The notes beneath the pieces were generated by a model that was not told where the DNA came from, did no database searches, and saw only the letters and a program-made list of their open reading frames with translations. A stretch of 64,000 nucleotides of DNA from a virus (Duplodnaviria > Caudoviricetes). Positions 52,298 through 60,536 of the stretch are shown piece by piece. The position numbers were made by a program, and so were the translations under genes. Position 1 is the stretch's first letter. Each line of letters opens with the position of its first letter. The DNA lies in IMG/VR virus record IMGVR_UViG_3300033068_001989, positions 128,001 through 192,000 of that record. One strand, given 5' to 3'.

Positions 52298-52573
52298 TTA
52301 TTGAATTTCGTTTAATTGCTTAGGTATAAATTCACCAGTTTCTGTGATGTCTGCATATCTAGAAACAATATCACTCAATCCTCTTAGTAATTCCTCGAGG
52401 TTTTTTTCTTTTTCTGTTGGTCCATTTGTTGAACTGAAATTAGGTACAGCAATTTTTTGTTTAACTAATCTATCAAGATCAGATTTCAATTCATCAGCTA
52501 CGGATTTTTCATCACCGTAGAATTTTTCGTTAATTTCCGATTTATCAGAATCGTAATGTTTAAGATATCTCAT
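52298..52573 (-). CDS. Hypothetical, probable virion protein
   Basis: YLKHY..INE N-terminal motif. Confidence 0.55.
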   Translation of the reverse strand: MRYLKHYDSDKSEINEKFYGDEKSVADELKSDLDRLVKQKIAVPNFSSTNGPTEKEKNLEELLRGLSDIVSRYADITETGEFIPKQLNEIQ

Positions 52574-52578
52574 CCTTT

Positions 52579-54069
52579 TTATATAAATTTGAAGTCCTCG
52601 AGTGATCTAAGATACTCTAGATTGTAATTTTCCTTTAATTCCTTAATTTTCTTAGAATCTTTATCATCCACAATCGCAGGAACTGAATTTATTGTTTTTA
52701 ATCCAACCGATACTGCTTTCGGTAATGGTCCCATTAGTCCAGATGATGATAATTTATCTATAGTTTTTGAAGTTTTAGGATATTCCGTTGCTAAATCTCC
52801 TAAAAAATCTATCATTGGTTGAGCTATTGGTTTTATATAAGTTCCTACTAATTTCTTAATAACATCCAAAGCAGGTCCCAAGAAAGACTTAAATGCATTA
52901 GCTATTATTTTAGCAGCTGGTGTAACCGCAGATTTTATGAAATTTGATATTGCTTTTGAGAATTTTTCAGGAAGTGATATAAGGAATTGAAACAATTCTG
53001 ATATTTTTCCGCCAGCATAAATTATACCATCAAATACTTTACCTAAAAGGCCTTCACCGACCATCAGGAATATTGTCGATATTGTTGTCGCTGCAAGAGC
53101 AGATCCACCTGATCCCATTATCGCTCCGATGTTCTTTGCTGAATTTGCTCCAATTTTACCAACTAGTTTTGATGCTCCGTGTGCAAGAAAATGCTCTGTA
53201 CTATGAGCAAATTGTCCAGCAAATGTACCTGCCCATTTTTCGGAAGCTTTAAGAGATGCCGTGCTTGCTGCCGCTATACCAGGTATTGCTGCTTTTGGTG
53301 CCATTATAACATCATTTAGACCAAGTAAGATGGAACAAGAACCAGCTATTACTAGCGGTGCGCCGACAGCTAAACTTTTTTTGGTCTTTTCTAACTTGTT
53401 CATTTCAATTTCGGATAGATGTGACCACGCTTTTTTCATTTTATATACACCTATTCCTATTTCAATTGCACCTGCAATTCCAAGTAGAACCGGACCTAAT
53501 ATCTGACCAGCTGCTGGTATTAAGGGTGTAACTGCTGCAGTCATCTGTAGTACTATTGCTACTGTTGTCCAAAAATTTGAGCTAGTTGTTATTTCTTTTA
53601 TAGCAGATACTATTCTTTTTGTAAATTTCCAAACTCTTTTTGCACCATCGGATATACTATTCCATATATTTGCACTCTTAGATTTAACTAAATCCACTGC
53701 TGATTTAGCATTAGATTTAACTTTATCCCAAGCTGCTGACATATCGTCAAGAATTCCTTCATTTATAGCATGCATCGTATAATTATCGATTATAAATGCT
53801 GATCCATTTTTAAATAAAACCGTTCCACTATCACTCTCAAGCATCAATATCTTCTCATCATCGTTGAACCAGTCTTTCTTATTCTCGTAAAGCATTCCTA
53901 ATTCGTACATAGCATACGATTTTTCCAATAGCATCTCCTCGGACTCAGATTCAAATACCTTAGATTCAAACATATTAGAAAATTCTGGCAATGTTAATTT
54001 CACCATTATGTCTTCACTTAACTTTCCGAAATTGCTCGAGGAAAGAAATCCATCATATTTATTAATCAT
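52579..54069 (-). CDS. Hypothetical virion protein with hydrophobic Gly/Ala helices
   Basis: Several FE/INE motifs in the N-terminus; membrane-like segments. Confidence 0.6.
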   Translation of the reverse strand: MINKYDGFLSSSNFGKLSEDIMVKLTLPEFSNMFESKVFESESEEMLLEKSYAMYELGMLYENKKDWFNDDEKILMLESDSGTVLFKNGSAFIIDNYTMHAINEGILDDMSAAWDKVKSNAKSAVDLVKSKSANIWNSISDGAKRVWKFTKRIVSAIKEITTSSNFWTTVAIVLQMTAAVTPLIPAAGQILGPVLLGIAGAIEIGIGVYKMKKAWSHLSEIEMNKLEKTKKSLAVGAPLVIAGSCSILLGLNDVIMAPKAAIPGIAAASTASLKASEKWAGTFAGQFAHSTEHFLAHGASKLVGKIGANSAKNIGAIMGSGGSALAATTISTIFLMVGEGLLGKVFDGIIYAGGKISELFQFLISLPEKFSKAISNFIKSAVTPAAKIIANAFKSFLGPALDVIKKLVGTYIKPIAQPMIDFLGDLATEYPKTSKTIDKLSSSGLMGPLPKAVSVGLKTINSVPAIVDDKDSKKIKELKENYNLEYLRSLEDFKFI

Positions 54070-54112
54070 TTTATAGATTTTTTTCTTTTATATATCCAAA
54101 TTACAAACAACA

Positions 54113-54140
54113 AAAAAGCCATTCTATATGAATGGCTTTT
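54113..54140 (-). terminator. Intrinsic terminator after Ro60
   Basis: AAAGCCATTC/GAATGGCTTT followed by T tract. Confidence 0.75.
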
Positions 54141-54160
54141 ATAATTTATGCAAAATATTA

Positions 54161-55741
54161 TTAGATAACAATAGCTTCGATTTCTCTTAAAATCGCTTTT
54201 GGATCGATCTCAGCTTTTTTGATCATCTCGTAGATATCAGCAGAGTAACCAAAAAGTTGAACTAATTTGTTACCTGGTTTGAACATGGTTGTACCATATC
54301 CTTGAATATCAACAGTGTAGATGAAAGGTTCGCCATGTGCAGATTTGTAGGATTGGAAAGAACTGTTTGTAACGATTCTATCACCACCTTGTAAATCTGA
54401 TATGATGAAGATACGATCATATTTACCGCTTTTTTGTAAAGTTGAGAAGATTGAGCCGAAGTCAGTACCATGACCAACTCTACCTTGCAAACTTAAACAT
54501 GTATTTTTGATCGTATTGATGCTATCGCCAGGATTGTATCTGATACCTTCTGTTGTTGTCGCAAATTGGTATAAATCTGCACCGATACCTTTTGCTAACG
54601 TTGCTCCAATAAGAGCAGCTTTATCAATACAATGTTTGTTTATAGCTTTACCATTCATGGTAACTCCATGTCCCATTCCGTGCATAGATCCAGATGTATC
54701 AATAACAACCGCTGTTCTGCCATGTGAGAATAATTCGAGCAAGTTTGGTATTGCTAATTCGTAAGCTCTATTCAAAGCAGTAACGAATGGTCTAGACGCA
54801 GAAGCACTAGTTTCTTGTAAAAGAATCTCCAAAGCAATATCTATTTGGTGAGGAAAGACCAAAGATTTTCTGATCAATTTCTCATCGATTAAAAGCTCAC
54901 ACGCACCACTAACTAATTCAGAATTTGAACTTGTGTTGATGATGTTTCTTAAATTACGAAGCAATGCCAAGTAACCAATTTTTCTAGTTTTAATCAATTC
55001 AGCATAGTTGCTTTCTTTAGCTTGTGTCAATTCAACCTCTGCTTGGGCTTTAGTGATTTCACCGGATTTAACTTTTGCAGCAACTTCCTGTCCTGATTTT
55101 GTGTTTTTGTCCTCGACAGTGTTGAATTGTTTTAACTTACCAGTCATAAGTTCTTTGAAAACCCCCTCCATTTGTGGTGTTGTTGGTTTTGGACGAACCA
55201 AGTTAACAACATCAACAAGTGAAACTGCTTTCCCTTTACCTTGATATTTAGCTAATTCGTATGCATCTGCTGATTCTAAAGCTGCTTTAAAGCCTTTCTT
55301 CATTGAGTTAGGTAATGGTTTACCAGGATTGAAGTGTTGGTAAGCTGCGATAATCTCCAATACGTCATCTAAACGGTATATAATACCACCAGTTTTAGCA
55401 TTCTTATCTCTTTTTGAGAAGAATCTTCTACCTATAGCTGATCCGGATAAATGTTTAACTAATGATACAGATCCGAAATGTGTTACTGATCTTTGACCAA
55501 CAACAGTTCTCGCGTATACAAGAGCTTTAGCAACGAATTCGATATCTTTCTTGGACAATTCGTCGATAAGTTGAACAAATCTGTTCTCTCTATCTGATAA
55601 TTTTTCATAGTATGAATTATCCAATCCTGTGGTAAGAATAGCAATTAATTCTAATTTTGGATCATACTTCACACCGGTACCACCTTGATGGTTTGTAACT
55701 GTCTCAACAGTTCTTTTTACTTTTTGATTGTAACGTGACAT
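54161..55741 (-). CDS. Ro60/TROVE RNA-binding protein
   Basis: YELAKY, ALLRNLRN, FPHQI TROVE motifs; C-terminal vWA MIDAS DTSGSM..GTD..ISD. Confidence 0.9.
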   Translation of the reverse strand: MSRYNQKVKRTVETVTNHQGGTGVKYDPKLELIAILTTGLDNSYYEKLSDRENRFVQLIDELSKKDIEFVAKALVYARTVVGQRSVTHFGSVSLVKHLSGSAIGRRFFSKRDKNAKTGGIIYRLDDVLEIIAAYQHFNPGKPLPNSMKKGFKAALESADAYELAKYQGKGKAVSLVDVVNLVRPKPTTPQMEGVFKELMTGKLKQFNTVEDKNTKSGQEVAAKVKSGEITKAQAEVELTQAKESNYAELIKTRKIGYLALLRNLRNIINTSSNSELVSGACELLIDEKLIRKSLVFPHQIDIALEILLQETSASASRPFVTALNRAYELAIPNLLELFSHGRTAVVIDTSGSMHGMGHGVTMNGKAINKHCIDKAALIGATLAKGIGADLYQFATTTEGIRYNPGDSINTIKNTCLSLQGRVGHGTDFGSIFSTLQKSGKYDRIFIISDLQGGDRIVTNSSFQSYKSAHGEPFIYTVDIQGYGTTMFKPGNKLVQLFGYSADIYEMIKKAEIDPKAILREIEAIVI

Positions 55742-55770
55742 GATTATAATTGTTTATTCGTTTATATTAT

Positions 55771-55967
55771 AAAATTGAGTTATCGGAAAGATAAAGCATA
55801 TAGACTAGGTCAAATGCAAGATCAACGTCAAAGACCTTCTTCTATTGCAAAGACAATGACAAAAACTAAGTCTCTTTCGCTAGCCAATTATCTGCCTAGT
55901 GGTAAAGATTTCTCTTTCTCTATGGCTTTCAGTAACTTGTCTAGCTATTGAGTTCTATCTCAGTTTT
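55771..55967 (-). ncRNA. Candidate structured RNA with hexamer-periodic tract
   Basis: Closing stem AAAACTGAG/CTCAATTTT; GTTTTT-GTCATT-GTCTTT..GTCTTT-GACGTT-GATCTT-GCATTT. Confidence 0.4.
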
Positions 55968-56157
55968 ATTTATTTTTATAGAAGAAGCGGAGTGATGAGA
56001 GTTCCCGAAGGATCCTCTCTGATTGCTGTATATGATTAATAGTCATTTATCTTATAAGATAATGGCCAGGAGCCATTAATTAAAGGACTTTATCTCTCCG
56101 AATCAAAGCATCAGGGGAATCGGCTTTTGCTTACCCCTTCAGCACCTCAATTTATTT

Positions 56158-57081
56158 TTATTTTTCTAGTTGTTTCAAAAATTCATCAACAACTGGTTGG
56201 AATCTAGGATCAATCTGAATCTTAAGATTTACAGCTTCACCGATTCTATTTTGACGCTCTGTTTCAAAATCAAGACTTGCTTTCTTGTAGTTTGCTAACC
56301 AAGCTTCTCTCTTTTTTGTGTATTCGTTCATCGCTAGTGAATTCTTTTCATTAGCTTCTGCTTGAGCATCAGCATTGATTTTAGAAATCCTTGCATTTTC
56401 CTTAGTTACAGCATTCTTAACCTTCGATTTGAAATAATTAACTCTTTGCTCGTAACTTCTATGAAGAGCTGCCAACTCTTCGTGTGTTTTTAACAACTCC
56501 TCAGGTTTGTGATGCACATTAACTTTAATAGGAGTTTTCTTTCCTGTTTCGATTTCCATAAACTCAAGAAGCTGAATTTTAGGTAATTCTGATCTCAGAC
56601 GATCTAATGTTCCACCCTTATGAATAAATTGTCCTATATGTGAAGCATAAGCCTCCGCCTCGATGAATTCGTTATATTCATCAATTGTTAGTTGATTCCA
56701 GCCCCAATCCTCTGCAACTTGTACCAGAACTTCAGGTTGAATATTAGGTTCTCTTTCAGGTGAAGGATTTTGATCCTCATAATCAAAATATTCTCTCTTG
56801 ATTCCGTTTATCAATTCGTCTTTGGCTTTTATATTCTCCATTAGAAAAGCCTGTGTTGCATGCAACCTTGCTTTACTTTTAAGAAGTTCAACAACATCTT
56901 TAGGTAAAGGTTTTGCAGCGGTTAAATTGTGATCCTCTTTGGATATCCTTATCGTTTTTGATGCGTTATTAATATCTGCTAAAGCTGCAGTAATATCCTT
57001 TGATCTTTGGTTACAAAGATTCGATATAGATTGAGCTTGAGACATTGATAATCCTTTTGATGCTAATGAATTTCTTTTCAT
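56158..57081 (-). CDS. Conserved-looking coiled-coil protein upstream of Ro60
   Basis: 307-aa helical ORF with A.HIGQFIH motif. Confidence 0.7.
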   Translation of the reverse strand: MKRNSLASKGLSMSQAQSISNLCNQRSKDITAALADINNASKTIRISKEDHNLTAAKPLPKDVVELLKSKARLHATQAFLMENIKAKDELINGIKREYFDYEDQNPSPEREPNIQPEVLVQVAEDWGWNQLTIDEYNEFIEAEAYASHIGQFIHKGGTLDRLRSELPKIQLLEFMEIETGKKTPIKVNVHHKPEELLKTHEELAALHRSYEQRVNYFKSKVKNAVTKENARISKINADAQAEANEKNSLAMNEYTKKREAWLANYKKASLDFETERQNRIGEAVNLKIQIDPRFQPVVDEFLKQLEK

Positions 57082-57125
57082 GATTTCTAATTTTTGTTTT
57101 TATATTTTACTTTAAATTTCTACAA

Positions 57126-57165
57126 TAAAAAAGGGATTAAGTCGCTTGGCGTCCTAATCCCTTTA
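57126..57165 (-). terminator. Terminator ending array A and the Y-like cluster
   Basis: AAAGGGATTA/TAATCCCTTT followed by T tract. Confidence 0.7.
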
Positions 57166-57173
57166 TAAAACTA

Positions 57174-57314
57174 ACAGAGAATGATGTAAGAAGTGTGAAC
57201 AATTTAATGTCTGATTTTCATTCAGATGACTTAACCACTTGTCTAAATTTCCAGTTTAGCGGAAACTATCGGAGTCGAACCGATGTGCGATGTAACTTCT
57301 ATACTTACTACTGT
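57174..57314 (-). ncRNA. Y-RNA-like circularly permuted tRNA (break in variable loop, anticodon GAA)
   Basis: Order is T arm, closed acceptor (AGTTTCC/GGAAATT), D arm, anticodon arm TCTGA-ATGAAAA-TCAGA, all inside the shared module. Confidence 0.78.
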
Positions 57315-57322
57315 CGTATGTT

Positions 57323-57482
57323 TTATAAGGGAATGATGTAAATAGCGTTTTTTCTAACGTGCTCTACCAACTGAGCTATTCCCCCCAAATTTTTAATTTG
57401 TTTAGTGGGGGAAGATGGATTCGAACCACCGACACCGTGCTTTCAATGCATACGAAGTAACTATTTTACTGACCACTTATAA
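57323..57482 (-). ncRNA. YrlA-like RNA (T-acceptor-D order, module on anticodon stem)
   Basis: GGTGG-TTCGAAT-CCATC, TTCCCCC/GGGGGAA closed by a linker, GCTC-AGTTGGTA-GAGC; module AAGTGGTCA..GTTACTTCG/CATTCCCTT. Confidence 0.8.
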
Positions 57483-57490
57483 TATGTTTT

Positions 57491-57625
57491 TTGTAAGGGA
57501 ATGTTCGGGTGAGTTTCAATGGATGTTTTTGCTGGAGTTGAACCAGCTACCTAAAGTTTAAGAGACTCTCGCTCTACCAAGTGAGCTAAAAAACGAAGTA
57601 ACTCATATTCCGTTACCACTTACAA
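57491..57625 (-). ncRNA. Y-RNA-like tRNA chimera (module on acceptor stem, anticodon CTT)
   Basis: D, anticodon (AGAGT-CTCTTAA-ACTTT) and T arms enclosed by the module. Confidence 0.78.
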
Positions 57626-57711
57626 TAATACTTTTTCAATGAACGTTTTGTGATTTTTATATGGAGGGAAATCCTCTTTGTTTCATAAAAATCAATATTT
57701 TTTTAAAATTT

Positions 57712-57877
57712 AACGATCTTAGAGATATTGGGAAGGGAATGTTTAGAAAGGGATGCTAATAGTTTTTGCGGGAGTTGAACCCGCGACCTTAAATACCAAA
57801 AATTTACGCCCTACCAACTGGGCTAAAAAACGAAGTAACCTTTCAATTTACCACTAACCAATATTTCTAAGAACGTT
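57712..57877 (-). ncRNA. Y-RNA-like tRNA chimera (module on acceptor stem, anticodon TTG)
   Basis: D, anticodon (TAAAT-TTTTGGT-ATTTA) and T arms enclosed by the module plus a long basal stem. Confidence 0.78.
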
Positions 57878-57881
57878 TTTG

Positions 57882-57955
57882 TAGGCAAGGAGAGACTCGA
57901 ACTCTCGACCTTCGCGGTATCAGCGCGACGCTCTAACCAACTGAGCTACCTGCCT
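57882..57955 (-). tRNA. tRNA-Ile(GAT)
   Basis: Cloverleaf. Confidence 0.92.
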
Positions 57956-57966
57956 ATTTTATTTCG

Positions 57967-58037
57967 AGATCCCGGAGGGATTCGAACCCCCGTCTTCAGA
58001 TCCGTATTCTGAAATTCTTCCGCTGAACTACGGGACC
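57967..58037 (-). tRNA. tRNA-Arg(ACG)
   Basis: TCAGA-ATACGGA-TCTGA. Confidence 0.85.
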
Positions 58038-58041
58038 TTAT

Positions 58042-58209
58042 TTAATTCTCTGCGCCTCCATCTACAAGTAGCAATAAATGTGTTTATCCTTTCGCTGAAT
58101 CGCCCTATAGACTCAGTTGCAGCTAATCAGCACTTAGATACCGCCTTCCTTTCTCACGGATTAAGGTTACACTTTGGAAATTCACCTCTACGGACACACA
58201 GAGAACTAA
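58042..58209 (-). ncRNA. Unknown ~165-nt structured RNA
   Basis: Closing stem TTAGTTCTCTGTGT/GCGCAGAGAATTAA. Confidence 0.45.
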
Positions 58210-58212
58210 TTC

Positions 58213-58386
58213 TTATAATCTGTTTCGAAGAATCTCTATCTCCTTGTTAAGTCTTTTGATATCAGAATCGCTCAAATCGACTTTTTTATCTCTTGTACCT
58301 TTTTCGGTTTTAACGCCGCTTTTCAATTGTTCCTCCAACATAGACAATGCTCTTGCTTGTCTAGATCTTCTTTGGGTTGTTGCCAT
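58213..58386 (-). CDS. Small early protein, 57 aa (MATTQRRSRQ...ILRNRL)
   Basis: Manual translation; directly downstream of the promoter at 58410; below the ORF-track cutoff. Confidence 0.65.
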   Translation of the reverse strand: MATTQRRSRQARALSMLEEQLKSGVKTEKGTRDKKVDLSDSDIKRLNKEIEILRNRL

Positions 58387-58409
58387 TTTTGTATGTTTAA
58401 TTATTATGA

Positions 58410-58443
58410 TGCAAATATATGATATCCTTTCGAGATAAAAAAA
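58410..58443 (-). promoter_or_regulatory. Early promoter
   Basis: TTTTTTTATCTCGAAAGGATATCATATATTTGCA. Confidence 0.72.
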
Positions 58444-58905
58444 TTAATTTGCAATTTTTTCAATAATAATTTCCTTAACCTTAACTGGACTCGCCATACC
58501 TGGAAACTTTTTATTAAAAGCACCGATAACTTTACCTGTTAAAACCTGTGCATTTAATCCAAGACCATCCATTTCTGAAAGTAGTTCCATAACAGCGGAT
58601 GTTATTTCTGAATCCTCCATTTGTTTAGGAAGATAAGATTCAATCGGTTTCAACTCAGCTGTTTCTTGTTCTACAAGATCCATTCTTCCGGCCTTTGTGA
58701 ATTCCTCTACTGATTGTTTTCTTTGTTTGATTGTGCTTATAACAATCTTTAAAACATCAGCATCACTAAGCTCTGTTCCAGCTGGACCAGCTTTCTCAGC
58801 TTCTAGTATTTTGGACTTCAGACCACTTAAAGCACTTTTTGCTACTGTGTCTTTTGATTTGAATGCTGTAATATAATCAGCATTGATTTTCTCCTTTAGT
58901 GTCAT
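58444..58905 (-). CDS. GatB/YqeY domain protein (start at MTLKEK)
   Basis: LKEKINAD..AFKSKD..KQRKQS.E.F.KAGR.DL..E..E....YLPKQM. Confidence 0.85.
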   Translation of the reverse strand: MTLKEKINADYITAFKSKDTVAKSALSGLKSKILEAEKAGPAGTELSDADVLKIVISTIKQRKQSVEEFTKAGRMDLVEQETAELKPIESYLPKQMEDSEITSAVMELLSEMDGLGLNAQVLTGKVIGAFNKKFPGMASPVKVKEIIIEKIAN

Positions 58906-58920
58906 GTTTTCAATTTTTAG

Positions 58921-58989
58921 TGGAATATTGGGACTCGAACCCTGCCTCCCACTGTTTAGTGGTTGCACATCCGCTTGTGCTTTTATCCC
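58921..58989 (-). pseudogene. Degenerate tRNA-like element
   Basis: GGGATA/TATTCC acceptor, GCAC/GTGC D stem, TTCGAGT loop; anticodon loop not 7 nt. Confidence 0.5.
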
Positions 58990-59053
58990 GTGGCCGGGGT
59001 TTATGGATATTTCTTAATCACCTCCAATGGGCCGACCCTTGGTGACAAATTAT

Positions 59054-59443
59054 TTAGATTGCTCCTTCTCCGCCACTTATGAAATATAGGACTGATCTAA
59101 TATTTCTCTGTTCGTTACCTAGAGCTTCTATCTTAATTCTTTTCTCCTGTACGGATCTCTGTGTTTTAGCAAGATCTGTCTTAGCAACAATCAATTCATA
59201 ATTGTCTGCAGTTTTTTCAACAAAAGCAGCATCTCTTGCCTCTGCATTACTGTAAGCCTTTTTACCAGCACCGTCTACAGTAGCACCTATCTCAGCTTTA
59301 ATTACAGATTCAATCTGCGTAATCTTCTCTGATTGAGATTGAGATGTTTCTGTTAATGTTAATAGCTCCAACTGGGCTTCAACAATCTTTGCCGGAATCT
59401 CCAATAATCTATTAGCTAATGATTCCAATCTTTCCTTGTCCAT
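59054..59443 (-). CDS. Hypothetical coiled-coil protein
   Basis: GKKAYSNAEARDA motif, helical. Confidence 0.7.
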   Translation of the reverse strand: MDKERLESLANRLLEIPAKIVEAQLELLTLTETSQSQSEKITQIESVIKAEIGATVDGAGKKAYSNAEARDAAFVEKTADNYELIVAKTDLAKTQRSVQEKRIKIEALGNEQRNIRSVLYFISGGEGAI

Positions 59444-59464
59444 TTCGAAATGTTTAAAAATTAG

Positions 59465-59554
59465 TGATCAGAACAGGAATCGAACCTGTGCTCTGCCGAA
59501 GATACCCCGATTTCTCGGATCGACGACCAAATACTCCCACTATATCATCTGATC
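59465..59554 (-). ncRNA. tRNA-like RNA with extended anticodon arm ending in a GAAA tetraloop
   Basis: GATCAGA/TCTGATC-A, D stem, ACAGG-TTCGATT-CCTGT. Confidence 0.6.
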
Positions 59555-59649
59555 AATTTCATTTGAAGCTCACAAAAGACCCAACTTTAAGCTCAAAAAT
59601 GCTCGAAATTGAGCTTCATTTTGAGTTTTTGTGAGCTTCATTTCCTATT

Positions 59650-59842
59650 GAGATCCAATTCAGACTTTAGACCGCTACTAACACCCTTATTCCATACCCT
59701 CGGGATCTGATGTGAAGGAATCGAACCTTCCTAGAGCCGTCGCTCCATACTCAGAATAACATCTATTCCCTACTCTTTGGTGATGACTTTCGTCTGTTCA
59801 TCTTATTCCTCCTTTTTTATTCTTTCGAACTAATTGGATCTC
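59650..59842 (-). ncRNA. Unknown ~190-nt RNA containing an isolated T arm
   Basis: 11-bp closing stem GAGATCCAATT/AATTGGATCTC; GAAGG-TTCGATT-CCTTC. Confidence 0.5.
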
Positions 59843-59845
59843 TTG

Positions 59846-59920
59846 TGATTCCTGTAGGATTCGAACCTACGACCCTCTCGGTGTAAACGAGATGCTCTGA
59901 ACCAACTGAGCTAAGGAACC
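59846..59920 (-). tRNA. tRNA-Val(TAC)
   Basis: Cloverleaf. Confidence 0.93.
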
Positions 59921-59942
59921 AGTTGCTGATATTTATATCAGG

Positions 59943-60536
59943 CTATTTTATTTTCTTATTTTTTGGAGCTTCCACTTTGGATGAGAATATCTCTTTTACA
60001 CTTCCGTCATGATAGAATATTCTAGCATCAGGATAGGTACATCCATATTGATCAGCCATTACCTGTGCATAATCTTCTATGGTATTAAGCTTAATTAATC
60101 CTTCGATTATTTTTGATCCGTATTTTTCTCCTATCTCTGGGATTTTGATCCATTCCATGTCAGAGTATCTTTCAAGTAATACCTTCAATTCATCTTCAGC
60201 ACTTAAACCATATCCACTAATCCATCTTTCAACCGGATATCTACCATCTTTTTCTTGAGTCATTGAAGTTATATCTATGGAATGAGATCCATACCAACGA
60301 TCACCACAACATTCACAATCCATGCCCTCATCAACACCATTCCAATAGCATCCGAGATCTTCAGCGATAGAATCTGCTTCAGCTGAGCTCCTTGCTTCTA
60401 TGAATAATCTGTGACATAATTTATCATCTGTCACAAAAGAACCTCCTGAGTTGTTTTGTGAGATTTCATAAAATTTTAAGCTACCGTCTTCTTTTCTTTT
60501 CATTTTTATGTTTTTAGAAATAGATCCATCCTGCAC
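59943..60536 (-). CDS. Hypothetical phage protein (QNNSGGSF..DCECCGDRW)
   Basis: Cys motif typical of phage hypothetical proteins; start probably MKRKED. Confidence 0.7.
   Translation of the reverse strand: MQDGSISKNIKMKRKEDGSLKFYEISQNNSGGSFVTDDKLCHRLFIEARSSAEADSIAEDLGCYWNGVDEGMDCECCGDRWYGSHSIDITSMTQEKDGRYPVERWISGYGLSAEDELKVLLERYSDMEWIKIPEIGEKYGSKIIEGLIKLNTIEDYAQVMADQYGCTYPDARIFYHDGSVKEIFSSKVEAPKNKKIK

Noticed and set aside
724-55244. Numerous + strand ORFs in the track (for example 724..1215, 19428..20006, 22066..22830, 24201..24722)
   Set aside because: They are antisense shadows of well-supported minus-strand genes, Ser/Phe/Leu-rich and without motifs; only 36376..37032 is a convincing + strand gene.
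57174-57877. CRISPR array formed by the recurring cgaagtaact / aagggaatg motifs
   Set aside because: The repeats are short, degenerate and bipartite with covarying stems, the intervening sequences are tRNA-like, and there are no cas genes.
47395-57877. T-box riboswitch reading of the AGTGGTAA module
   Set aside because: The UGGN bulge is not conserved (two copies have TAGT), there is no Stem I or specifier loop, and no coupled terminator follows each copy.
58042-58209. Lysine riboswitch suggested by AGAGGTG and GAAAGG
   Set aside because: The other conserved elements and an expression platform are missing; kept only as an unknown RNA.
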